A stretch of 64,000 nt of DNA, taken from NCBI GenBank assembly GCA_964534175.1, contig CAZHNS010000002.1, forward strand, positions 11,863 to 75,862, written 5' to 3'. Under the pieces are notes generated by a model. The model was not told the DNA's origin, made no database searches, and saw only the letters and a program-made list of their open reading frames with translations. This DNA comes from an uncultured bacterium (lineage in GTDB: Bacteria > Hydrothermota > UBA3072). Of this stretch, positions 1-8,880 are shown one piece after another (position 1 is the first letter of the stretch; each line of letters opens with the position of its first letter). A program made the translations under genes and the position numbers.

Positions 1-90
1 CTACATAAAGCATTTAAAGAATCCCGCAAGAATAGAAAAAAGCAGAGAGAAAAACCAGAAGAAAGAGTTTGGCAAGGGAGAGGAAGATCT

Positions 91-687
91 TTGTCAAGTG
101 TTTTCGAATTTGAAACAGCTAACAAATTATCTGAAGTATATCCGGAATATTATTTCCTTGTAGATTACCCAATATCTATTTACAAAAGAGAAACATGGTT
201 ACGTACGATTTACCCCGATATTTTAGTCTTAAAAAACCTTAACGTCAATAAAATTGATAAATGTGAAGTAGTTGCTATGATTGACTTAAAGATCGACCTT
301 GGCTGGGTAGACATTAATGATTATAAAAGCAAAAAATTTGCTCAAAGGGAAAAAGAAAAAAGGGACGCCACTAATTGCAGATTTAAGTATATCGTCAACG
401 CTGTCTCAGAGGAAGAGAAAAAATCAAATAAAGAAATTGGTAAGTTAAAAGCAAAAATACCTAGTAAAAATAAATTAAAAAAGATTTTTATTATTTGCTC
501 AAAAATGAATCATCCTGAACGCGCAAAAGAGTTTCAGGCCCTTCTTAAAAAAAATGGTGGATATAAAGTATTGTTTTTACTTGATAAACATCTTCATCCT
601 AATATACTTGAGGAAAAAAGCGAATCCTTTAAAAAACATATACAACAAAAAGAAGCCGCGATTGAAAAAGTTTTCAGAGGTTTATAA
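91..687 (+). CDS. hypothetical protein (Lys-rich; possible PD-(D/E)xK-like motif YPD...IDLK); TTG start, begins near window edge
   Basis: Long ORF; no recognisable family; first gene of island cargo. Confidence 0.4.
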   Translation: MSSVFEFETANKLSEVYPEYYFLVDYPISIYKRETWLRTIYPDILVLKNLNVNKIDKCEVVAMIDLKIDLGWVDINDYKSKKFAQREKEKRDATNCRFKYIVNAVSEEEKKSNKEIGKLKAKIPSKNKLKKIFIICSKMNHPERAKEFQALLKKNGGYKVLFLLDKHLHPNILEEKSESFKKHIQQKEAAIEKVFRGL

Positions 688-735
688 CATTATAGAATTT
701 TGTTTAGATACTATATCAGGCAGTATTTTTTACCC

Positions 736-765
736 TTGACATCTCCTACCCCCTTAACATATACT
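736..765 (+). promoter_or_regulatory. sigma70-type promoter cccTTGACA-N18-TATACT for the 814 operon
   Basis: TTGACA at 736-741, TATACT at 760-765; near-duplicate of promoter at 4222. Confidence 0.55.
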
Positions 766-813
766 ATAAATACACAAAAAAAGAAAGAACCGAAACCGGG
801 AGAATTGTTTTAA

Positions 814-1422
814 ATGAAAGAGAAAGAAGAAACGAAGAAGAAGTTACCTACTGAAGAAGAAAAAAGATGGAAATTGTTTTATGACTATGCGTGTAAGATA
901 TACAAGGTTGATGAAGAAAGATATAAAAGAATTGAAGAAAAATCCTTAGCATGCCTAACTGCTTTTTCTTTACTGTTGGTCATTTACGGTCTCTTGTGGA
1001 AGCATATTTTAGACAAGACCCTTAACCCTCAATGTCTAACTGATGTTGTTTTCTTTTCTCTTAGCGTAATACTTCTTTTGTTTTTTTTGGTCTCCTGGAT
1101 ACACGCTTTTCAGACATTTCAAACGGAACCGAGAAAGGGAATGCCTCTTCACGAACACATGGTTAAATACTTCGAGGATACTGATAAGGACGAAAACAGA
1201 AGAAGCAATCTCTCAGATCTTTATTTCAATTTAGGAGAAATAAATAGAGAAGCTTATGAAGAAAACTTTACAATTACTGAGAGAAAACTTAAAAAATACA
1301 AAAAGACTTTTCGAATGATAAGATATTCTGCTTTTGCTTTTATACTCTTTATTGTAGCATATTTTGCTTATTCAGGGAAAAATTTAATAATTCAATTTTT
1401 AAAACTTAATGGAGGTCAATAA
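814..1422 (+). CDS. hypothetical integral membrane protein (4 predicted TM helices)
   Basis: Hydrophobic segments; RBS; stop overlaps start of next ORF (TAATG). Confidence 0.5.
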   Translation: MKEKEETKKKLPTEEEKRWKLFYDYACKIYKVDEERYKRIEEKSLACLTAFSLLLVIYGLLWKHILDKTLNPQCLTDVVFFSLSVILLLFFLVSWIHAFQTFQTEPRKGMPLHEHMVKYFEDTDKDENRRSNLSDLYFNLGEINREAYEENFTITERKLKKYKKTFRMIRYSAFAFILFIVAYFAYSGKNLIIQFLKLNGGQ

Positions 1423-1628
1423 TGCCTGAGGATAACAACGATAACTTTATACCAGAAAGACCCGAACCAATAACGTTAGAAGAAGAAACAGAGCGCCCAA
1501 AGCCAGTCGTAGAAGAAAAAGAGGGGATACCTGAAACGGAAGAAAAAAAAGATATAATAGAGCGCCCAAAGCCCACTAAGGGCGAATACGCTGAATCCCC
1601 CAAAAAAGAGGATAAAAAGAAAGAATAA
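1422..1628 (+). CDS. small acidic Pro/Glu/Lys-rich protein with ERPKP repeats, translationally coupled to upstream membrane protein
   Basis: GGAGGT RBS inside end of upstream gene, 1-nt start/stop overlap; repeats of ERPKP. Confidence 0.45.
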   Translation: MPEDNNDNFIPERPEPITLEEETERPKPVVEEKEGIPETEEKKDIIERPKPTKGEYAESPKKEDKKKE

Positions 1629-1687
1629 CGTCAAAAAGAACAAACTGTTTGAGAATCAACAAATGAATTAAAAGAGGAGAAAAAACG

Positions 1688-2275
1688 ATGAAATGCTCAC
1701 AATGTAATAATAACGCTATTGTAATTGTTGGAGGGCATCCATTATGTATTAATTGTTTTTATAAACTTAAAGAAATTCAACAAATGGAAGACCAAAAGTA
1801 TATGCAGGAAATGAATTATTTAATGGATATGGCAGAATATACGGCTGGCATATATGGGGTTTTACCAAGATACAATATTCGTCCTCAACACTCATCAAAT
1901 ATCGATAAGCCTTTTACTTTTAACAATATCAATATAAGCGATAGCGTAGTTGGTTCTTTAAATTTAGGAGAAGCTAAAAAAATAGACGTCTCAATAGAAA
2001 TGTTCAAAAACTCGCATAACAATGAAATCATAGCACCTTTAAAAGAGTTTACTGAGGCCGTCATCAAAGAGCAAAAATTGAACAAAGAACTTAAAAATGA
2101 AATACTTGAACAATTGTCATTTCTTTCATCGCAAGCTAATTTACCAGAAAACAAAAAAGCAAAAAAAAGTATCGCAAAACCTCTTTTTAACAGAATTAAG
2201 GAAGCAGTACAATTACTCCCCTCTCTAATTTCTTTATGGGAAAAACTTCAGCCTTTACTTGAGCAACATTTCTGA
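1688..2275 (+). CDS. hypothetical protein with N-terminal CxxC...CxxC zinc ribbon
   Basis: MKCSQCNN...HPLCINC; RBS AGGAGA upstream. Confidence 0.5.
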   Translation: MKCSQCNNNAIVIVGGHPLCINCFYKLKEIQQMEDQKYMQEMNYLMDMAEYTAGIYGVLPRYNIRPQHSSNIDKPFTFNNINISDSVVGSLNLGEAKKIDVSIEMFKNSHNNEIIAPLKEFTEAVIKEQKLNKELKNEILEQLSFLSSQANLPENKKAKKSIAKPLFNRIKEAVQLLPSLISLWEKLQPLLEQHF

Positions 2276-2672
2276 CTGTTGAAAATATAACAAAAACTAA
2301 GACTTTCTTCTTTAAGACTTAATTACTCGAAGCCAACAACTACTGTTCTGGAATATGAGTAATTCCTTATCTTGACATATTTTTTATTTTTAACTATAAT
2401 TAAAAAAAGGTATAATATTGAAAATATGTTGATGTATATGGAGTTAACCAGAAATGTAGAAATCAGTTTATACGACCTAACAACAGAGTACTTGTGCTTA
2501 ATATTAGTACATATAAACTATGCTATGCCAATTAAAATAATCGCCATATACACTAAAAGAAAATCGATGATCACTCAGAGTCAAAATTTAAATCAATTGC
2601 ATTTGAAATCCATCGATCTTATCGATAATATTCCTTTATCGCAAACTTAACAGAAAAAAATAGGGAGGTAAA

Positions 2673-2819
2673 ATGGCTGATCTTAAACCTAATCTTCCAC
2701 CGATGCAATACAAAAGAAAAAAGCGGTCGTTATGGTGGGTAGTTATCATACTTATAGTAATTGCAATATTGATTATAGCTTTTTTCAACCCTGATTTCCT
2801 GAAATTTATTGCCGGATGA
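2673..2819 (+). CDS. small (48 aa) single-pass membrane protein, not in supplied ORF track
   Basis: GGGAGG RBS 8 nt upstream of ATG; KRKKRS followed by 20-residue hydrophobic helix; consensus promoter at ~2368. Confidence 0.35.
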   Translation: MADLKPNLPPMQYKRKKRSLWWVVIILIVIAILIIAFFNPDFLKFIAG

Positions 2820-3113
2820 AAAGGGGAGCAATTTACGCTAATGTGTATTCGCAACGTGTAACATTCAACACCAGAAATCTTCCAAACTTGTATAACAATG
2901 TGTTTCGGGTGGACGTGATAACTTTTGTTGCTTAATTTCTAGTACTTAGCCACGCCGTTTATTTGCAGATAGCTAGACAGTTATAACAAAAAAAGTAGAA
3001 GAAAAAATCTACTATTTGGTAAGTATAAAAAAACTAAATATAGTAGTTTACAATTATGTAGTTTTTTTTATCTTCTGTCAAGTATGATGGAAGCGTCATT
3101 CCTCAAACCGAAT

Positions 3114-4136
3114 TTAATCTTTTATCTCTACCGTAGCCAATCCCTCGGAGAACCCCCCGGCGCTATCAAATTGTGGTTCAATCACCATCTCGCCCATCTT
3201 ATTGATGTAGCCCCATTTGCTTCCTATCTTTACTGCTGCCAAATCCCCGGAAAAACCCCTAGCAGCATTAAATCGAGGTTCAATTACTACCTTCCCTGTT
3301 TTATCGATGTATCCGCATTTACTTCTTAACCAACTACGTTTCTTCACCAACGCCAACCCCTCATGGAAATCCTCGACTCTATCGAATTGAGGTTCGATTA
3401 TCACTTTCCCTGTTTTATTGATAAATCCGTATTCGTCTCCTTTCTCTACCAACGCCAACCCCTCGTGGAAATCCTCAACTCTATCAAATTGAGGTTTAAT
3501 CACTATCTCGCCCGTCTTGTCGATGTATCCGAATTTGCCTCCTCTCTTGCCCCAGAAACTCTTTTTAGCAACTACCTTTACAGGCGCCAACCCCTCTGAA
3601 AAAATCCAAGCATAATCAAACTGTGGTTTGATGACCATCTTACCAGTTTTATCAATATATCCCGATTTACCATCCATTTCTACCAACGCCAACCCCTCTG
3701 AAAAAGGAAAAAAAGTATAATAAATTTGAGGTTCAATTACTACCTTCCCTGTTTTATTGATATAACCCCATTTATCACCTTCGCTAAATGTCGCTAATCC
3801 CTCGGAAAAACCATAGGCTACATTAACTTCCGGCTCAAGCTCAATTACCATCTTTCCATTCTCATCGATGTATCCCCACTTATCGCCTTTCCATACTACC
3901 GCCAATCCCTCATCGAAACTCCCTGCAACATTAAATTGCGGATTAATTACAACCTCACCAGTTCTATCTATATATCCCCATTTACCATCCATCTCTACCA
4001 ACGCCAACCCCTCTGAGAAATCCCCGGCTCTGCTAAATTGTGGTTCAATTACCACCTTGCCGGTTTTATCTATATATCCATATCTACTGCCTGCTAGTGT
4101 TAAAGATATAAAAACCAATGATAATAATTTTCTCAT
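3114..4136 (-). CDS. WG-repeat (KWGYIDxxGxxVIxPQF) secreted protein
   Basis: Ten or more tandem ~30-aa WG-containing repeats; N-terminal signal peptide. Confidence 0.75.
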   Translation of the reverse strand: MRKLLSLVFISLTLAGSRYGYIDKTGKVVIEPQFSRAGDFSEGLALVEMDGKWGYIDRTGEVVINPQFNVAGSFDEGLAVVWKGDKWGYIDENGKMVIELEPEVNVAYGFSEGLATFSEGDKWGYINKTGKVVIEPQIYYTFFPFSEGLALVEMDGKSGYIDKTGKMVIKPQFDYAWIFSEGLAPVKVVAKKSFWGKRGGKFGYIDKTGEIVIKPQFDRVEDFHEGLALVEKGDEYGFINKTGKVIIEPQFDRVEDFHEGLALVKKRSWLRSKCGYIDKTGKVVIEPRFNAARGFSGDLAAVKIGSKWGYINKMGEMVIEPQFDSAGGFSEGLATVEIKD

Positions 4137-4221
4137 ATCTCCTATCCTCGTTACGATACTAATATTATACGAGGATATTTCAAAATGTCAAACTTTCCTA
4201 TACCTAAAGACGAAAAAACCC

Positions 4222-4251
4222 TTGACATACCACTCACTTTTAACGTATACT
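4222..4251 (+). promoter_or_regulatory. sigma70-type promoter cccTTGACA-N18-TATACT (paralogue of promoter at 736)
   Basis: TTGACA 4222-4227, TATACT 4246-4251; flanking ttaacgtatactatagatac matches ttaacatatactataaatac at 755. Confidence 0.55.
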
Positions 4252-4269
4252 ATAGATACATAAGGATAC

Positions 4270-4809
4270 ATGGATATCGTACCTATAGAGTATTTACTAA
4301 AAAAGATTGAAAATTTCTGCAAAAATAGAAAACCCCTAACCATTACAACCAATCCTAATATAGGTTATAGAGGTTTTAATGGATTTATGGGAAATATGGG
4401 ATGTGAAATGCTCTTATCCTTAGATATTAATTTTGCAAACAATACAGAAAAAAAGATCAATGCAACAATAAACAATATTGATTTCTATCCCAAAAAAGAG
4501 ATTAAGTTCTTTAAGTTTAAATTTGAAAAAGGGATACATAGTATGGGGTTTTCATTTCTTAAACGGAAAATACCATTAGATCCAGGTGATACGTTATTTC
4601 GTTTCCCTTTTGAAATAAAAAGCATTACATCGTTTACCAGAGAAGATTTTGAAGGCTGTAAAGATATCCCAACAATTTTTAAAATAGAATATACTGTCTC
4701 TCCTAAATTCCAAGAAAAAACTCGAGAAATAGAGCTAAAGGATTTCTTTGAAAAAATGGATAATCTCGGAAGAAAAAATGTACCAGCTTGGCAGTGGAGA
4801 AACTTTTAA
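4270..4809 (+). CDS. hypothetical protein
   Basis: ORF with upstream consensus promoter; no recognisable domain. Confidence 0.45.
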   Translation: MDIVPIEYLLKKIENFCKNRKPLTITTNPNIGYRGFNGFMGNMGCEMLLSLDINFANNTEKKINATINNIDFYPKKEIKFFKFKFEKGIHSMGFSFLKRKIPLDPGDTLFRFPFEIKSITSFTREDFEGCKDIPTIFKIEYTVSPKFQEKTREIELKDFFEKMDNLGRKNVPAWQWRNF

Positions 4810-4817
4810 AATAACCA

Positions 4818-6020
4818 ATGAAAAAACTTTCAATCAAAAAAGCAATAAAAAAATTTAAAAAATGGAACCAGGCAAAAATGAATTTCTGTAAAAAACATCC
4901 AGGCTGGGCAATAGGAATTGGAGGAATAGCAGCAACAATATTTCTGGGCGTACCAGCAATCATTATTAATATTCATTATGGAAAAAGCGCAGCAACTAAG
5001 GATGATATCAAACAAGTTCAAATAGAGTTAGAAAAAACAGGCAGAAAGTTACAGTCCTTCATAGACGGTTTTGCAGAAAACACTCCAGAGGATGAACCCC
5101 TCAAAATCAAAATCAAAAAAGCTGATTCTCTGTATCATGCGGAAAGATATAAAGAGGCCTATAATATTTACGATGAAATAAACAAAGAAGCTTTATCTTT
5201 AGGTAAAGAGTATTTGTTCGTTCTCTCTTTGATGGGTAAAGGTATTTCTATTGGCGAGCAGGCGGATTATCAGAGGGCTTTGGAAATATTGAAGAATACA
5301 AAAGAACATGAGAATCTCCTTGATAAAAAGGCAAAAGTTAAACTCTATTTTAATCTTGGATACTGTAATCAAATCCTAAAAAATAATGATTTAGCAATCA
5401 AATATTACAGCGAAGCTCTGAATTTTAATCCAAAGCTCTATATCATCTACTATAATCGGGGAAATGTTTACTACGATAAGGGAGAATATAACAGAGCAAT
5501 CCAAGACTTCGATAAGGCTATTGCATTGGAACCAAATTATGCTCGTTCTTACAATAATCGAGGGAGTGCTTACGCCAAGAAGGAAGATTATAACCGGGCA
5601 ATCCAAGACTACAATAAGGCTGTTACGCTGAATTCAGAGTATGCTGGCGCTTACTTCAATCGAGGACTCACTTATTACGATAAGGGAGAATATAACAGAG
5701 CAATCCAAGACTACAATAAAGCTATTGAGTTGTATCCGACATTTGCTGATGCTTATTGCAATCGCGGACTTGCTTACTACAAAAAAGCCGATTATGATAA
5801 AGCAATCCAAGATTGCAAAAATGCTATTATGCTGGAGCCCGGGAGTGCTCCAGCCTATTACAACTGCGGTAAAGCTTACGAAAAAAAGGGAAACAACAAA
5901 AAGGCGATAGAGGCATATAAAAATTTTATAGAAAGAGCATTCGAATGGGATAAAAAACGAATCGAACATGCAAAAGAAAGAATAAGAGAACTTCAGGAGA
6001 AAATAGACAAAAACAACTAG
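4818..6020 (+). CDS. TPR-repeat protein with N-terminal membrane anchor
   Basis: About 7 tandem 34-aa repeats with AxxYxNRGxxY and YxxAIxDxxKAIxLxP pattern. Confidence 0.7.
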   Translation: MKKLSIKKAIKKFKKWNQAKMNFCKKHPGWAIGIGGIAATIFLGVPAIIINIHYGKSAATKDDIKQVQIELEKTGRKLQSFIDGFAENTPEDEPLKIKIKKADSLYHAERYKEAYNIYDEINKEALSLGKEYLFVLSLMGKGISIGEQADYQRALEILKNTKEHENLLDKKAKVKLYFNLGYCNQILKNNDLAIKYYSEALNFNPKLYIIYYNRGNVYYDKGEYNRAIQDFDKAIALEPNYARSYNNRGSAYAKKEDYNRAIQDYNKAVTLNSEYAGAYFNRGLTYYDKGEYNRAIQDYNKAIELYPTFADAYCNRGLAYYKKADYDKAIQDCKNAIMLEPGSAPAYYNCGKAYEKKGNNKKAIEAYKNFIERAFEWDKKRIEHAKERIRELQEKIDKNN

Positions 6021-6044
6021 TGAAAAAAATAAATTTATATATTA

Positions 6045-7067
6045 TCAAAAAGAGAACCGCAGCCTTTCCACAGCTCTCTTCACATGTTCCGGTGCCAAAT
6101 GGGCGTACTTCATTGTAGTCTTTATATCTGAATGACCCATTAATTCTCTTACTGTATTAAGATCTGCGCCCCCCATAACAAGCCATGAAGCAAATGTATG
6201 TCTAAAGGTATGGAGAGTTACATCTTTAACATTAGCTCTTTTTGCGGCTTGCAATAAAACAGTTCGCCATGTCCCCCTACCAAATTCTCCTCCTTTCGGA
6301 GATTCGAAAACAAGCGTTGTGTTTTGTGGAAGTTTTTTCAAAATCTTTTCGACTATAGAATGCATAGGAATATTTCTATTTTTACCGCTTTTAGTTGTAA
6401 AGTTTTCCTTATTACCCAATCTTATAATTTTATTTTTAAAATCTATTTCAGACCATTCTAAAAATCTAACTTCATTACGTCTCATACCGGTGTAGAGAAA
6501 AAACTGAAATAGGTCTTTGTAAAAATCTTTAGAGTGATCTAATATTCTATTAATTTCTTTTTTTGAAAGAAACCTTGGAGGTTTTTCTGGAGATTCTTTT
6601 AAACGTTTAATCTTTTCTGCGGGGTTTTGCTGCAAAAGATTTAAATCATTCGCATATCTATAAATTTGTTGTAATACATTTATGTAATCATTGACAGTTT
6701 TAGCAGAATATTTTTCAAAAAGCTCATCCACAATCTTATCGATCAACAAAGGGGTTAAAAGAGAAAAATTTTTAGATTTTTGTAGATGTTTTTCTTTCCA
6801 AAAATTTAACCTTGGCTTCCATGTCTCCATAGTTCTGGGACGAACTCTCTTTCTTTTCATCGAGATAAATCTCTCCCATAATTCTTCTACAGAAATTTTA
6901 TCCAACACTGGAATACTTTCTTTCTCGTAATATTTTCTGGTTTCCAATTCAAAGAGGACTCTCTCGGCTTGTTTTTTTGTTGTACCTGCGACTTTCCTTA
7001 TCCTTTTGCCGGAAGAATCTATATAATCTATATACCATTTTTTATCTCTTTTACGAACTACTCCCAT
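6045..7067 (-). CDS. int: tyrosine site-specific recombinase/integrase (phage integrase family)
   Basis: C-terminal catalytic HTFRHTFASWLVMGG...LMGHSDIKTTMKYAHL motif; adjacent to tRNA 3' end. Confidence 0.85.
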   Translation of the reverse strand: MGVVRKRDKKWYIDYIDSSGKRIRKVAGTTKKQAERVLFELETRKYYEKESIPVLDKISVEELWERFISMKRKRVRPRTMETWKPRLNFWKEKHLQKSKNFSLLTPLLIDKIVDELFEKYSAKTVNDYINVLQQIYRYANDLNLLQQNPAEKIKRLKESPEKPPRFLSKKEINRILDHSKDFYKDLFQFFLYTGMRRNEVRFLEWSEIDFKNKIIRLGNKENFTTKSGKNRNIPMHSIVEKILKKLPQNTTLVFESPKGGEFGRGTWRTVLLQAAKRANVKDVTLHTFRHTFASWLVMGGADLNTVRELMGHSDIKTTMKYAHLAPEHVKRAVERLRFSF

Positions 7068-7167
7068 ATCTATTAGTCACAAGGTAGGCACAAAATAGAA
7101 ATATGTCAAGTTTTGAATTATTATGCTATTATAAATCAAGGAGATGTATATATGATAAAAATAACAA

Positions 7168-7253
7168 TGCCGGAGGAGGGATTTGAACCCACAAGTCCTT
7201 TAAGGGACAACGGATTTTGAGTCCGCCGCGTCTGCCAGTTCCGCCACTCCGGC
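7168..7253 (-). tRNA. tRNA-Leu (anticodon CAA), 86 nt, long variable arm, no encoded CCA
   Basis: Reverse complement folds as GCCGGAG acceptor, anticodon loop CUCAAAA, T-loop GGGUUCAAAUCCC; one U-U mismatch in T stem. Confidence 0.85.
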
Positions 7254-7333
7254 TTACCTTGAAAATATATGAAATGAACCACATAAGTCAAGAGGCTTGA
7301 CATGTTTGAATATGGGATTAAAATTTAAGAGTA

Positions 7334-8041
7334 ATGAGAAGAGAATTAAAGGATAAGGAAAGCGTATCAATAATTTCGCACGAAATAAAAAATTCTATAG
7401 CCGGGCTCAAAACCGGGATTAAAATGTTACGAGACATGGGGAGTGGTGACGTAAAAGAAATCAGCGAAACACTCTTTGAAGAATTAAAATATCTACAGGA
7501 TATAACATTCGATGTCTTAAGTTTGACCGGTACTCTTGATTTATATCTCGAAAAAGTTAATATTAAAAAACTAAGTAAAGAAAGCGCTAAGATGGTAATG
7601 GGGAATGATTCTCTTATCAATTTAAATTTTAGTAAAGATTTCCCATCCGTTATGTGCGACAAAAATCTGATGAAATCGGTTCTGGTGAACCTTTTAAATA
7701 ATGCATTTGAAGAGGTCGGAGCGGAAGGAAAAATAGAGGTCGGAGGCAGGAATTTAGGAGAGGGCATGGTAGAAATATGGGTTAAAGATAACGGTTCAGG
7801 CATAAAAGGAGACGTAATCTGGATTTTCAAGAATTTTAAGTCCAGAAAAAAGAAAGGCACCGGCATCGGCTTATCTTTAGTAAAAAAAATTGTTGATGAA
7901 CACTTTGGAAAAATTAGCGTTGAAAGTAGTGAAGGATGCGGAACAGAATTTATTATTGAAATGCCAGCAGACTTTCATTACGTTGATAGACGGTCGGGGA
8001 AAGAGCGAAGAAGAAGTAAAGGTAGACGGAAGGAGGACTAA
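7334..8041 (+). CDS. soluble (no TM) sensor histidine kinase, HisKA plus HATPase_c
   Basis: H-box SHEIKNSIAGL, N-box NLLNNAFE, G1 DNGSGI, G2 GTGIGLSLV. Confidence 0.8.
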   Translation: MRRELKDKESVSIISHEIKNSIAGLKTGIKMLRDMGSGDVKEISETLFEELKYLQDITFDVLSLTGTLDLYLEKVNIKKLSKESAKMVMGNDSLINLNFSKDFPSVMCDKNLMKSVLVNLLNNAFEEVGAEGKIEVGGRNLGEGMVEIWVKDNGSGIKGDVIWIFKNFKSRKKKGTGIGLSLVKKIVDEHFGKISVESSEGCGTEFIIEMPADFHYVDRRSGKERRRSKGRRKED

Positions 8042-8649
8042 TGATTCTAGTATTAGAAGACAATAAAGCCTTGAGGATGATCGTAAGAAAAGCTCTTGAA
8101 AAGGCAGGCTACGAGGTTAAAGCAGCCGAGAACGGAAAAGAAGGTTTGCAAATTTTAAAGAAAGAGACTCCGGATTTAATAATATCTGATATTATTATGC
8201 CTGAAATGAATGGTTTCGAATTTCTTAAAGCAATTCGAAAAAAACACCCGTTGATTCCCTTTACCTTTTTGACAGTCAAATCCGAATTAGATGACTATAC
8301 GAAGGGATACGAACTTGGAGCAACAGATTATTTGACTAAACCTTTCGACGTCGATGTTTTGCTTAAAAAAGTTAAAAAAAGAATAGCTTCCGGCAAACTA
8401 CTAAAAGAAATAATTGAAAAAGGTAAAAACACTGTAGATCTCGAAAATATTCTTGCTGTCGATATTATAAGTAGTCTAAAAGAGAACAAAATCGACTGTA
8501 AGCTTACGATTTCTTCGCCTGTTGGCAAAGGAAGTGTTGAGATTAAGAAGGGAAAGATTAAAAAAAGCGTATTCGACGTTGCCGAGGATAAAGAAGCTCT
8601 TCTAAGAATCGCAGCTTTAAATGAAGGCAAAATTAAAATCGAACGTTAA
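8041..8649 (+). CDS. response regulator: CheY-like receiver plus C-terminal DUF4388-like domain
   Basis: REC motifs (LVLEDN, DLIISDIIMP, TVKS, DYLTKPF); C-terminus matches DUF4388 pattern; TAATG overlap with kinase. Confidence 0.7.
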   Translation: MILVLEDNKALRMIVRKALEKAGYEVKAAENGKEGLQILKKETPDLIISDIIMPEMNGFEFLKAIRKKHPLIPFTFLTVKSELDDYTKGYELGATDYLTKPFDVDVLLKKVKKRIASGKLLKEIIEKGKNTVDLENILAVDIISSLKENKIDCKLTISSPVGKGSVEIKKGKIKKSVFDVAEDKEALLRIAALNEGKIKIER

Positions 8650-8743
8650 TTAAGTATTCCCTATTTTTGATACAATCTGTCTTTAAAATAATGAACGAAC
8701 TTAATGTCTCATATTGGAAAAGCACCTATATTTGCGAAATCAT

Positions 8744-8830
8744 TGTTAGTCCGTTAGTGCTTTGGTGTGTTGGTGTGTTTTTTAATCGGTCCAACAGCCC
8801 AACCGACCAACAGACCAACAAATTAAAAAC
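8744..8830. repeat. imperfect palindromic intergenic element built of GTTGG/CCAAC pentamers (copy A)
   Basis: tgttagtccgttagtgctttggtgtgttggtgtg-ttttttaa-ccaacagcccaaccgaccaacagaccaac; arms pair with one mismatch. Confidence 0.6.
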
Positions 8831-8880
8831 TTTTGCGTTTTGGGGTCTTGTGAAGGGTAAAGTTTTTAATTTATTAGATT

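Noticed and set aside
2372-2854. Track ORFs 2372-2650(+) and 2636-2854(-)
   Set aside because: No RBS and odd composition. The region is better explained by a consensus promoter plus the 48-aa ORF at 2673-2819.
3084-4263. Plus-strand ORFs 3084-3329, 3363-3599, 3868-4263 inside the WG-repeat gene
   Set aside because: Antisense to a well-supported repeat-protein gene. They are repetitive-sequence artefacts without RBS.
1-7067. Prophage
   Set aside because: An integrase is present, but there are no capsid, terminase, tail, portal or lysis genes. It is better described as a small integrative island.
7318-7866. Minus-strand ORF overlapping the histidine kinase
   Set aside because: Entirely antisense to a kinase gene with all catalytic motifs, and no RBS.
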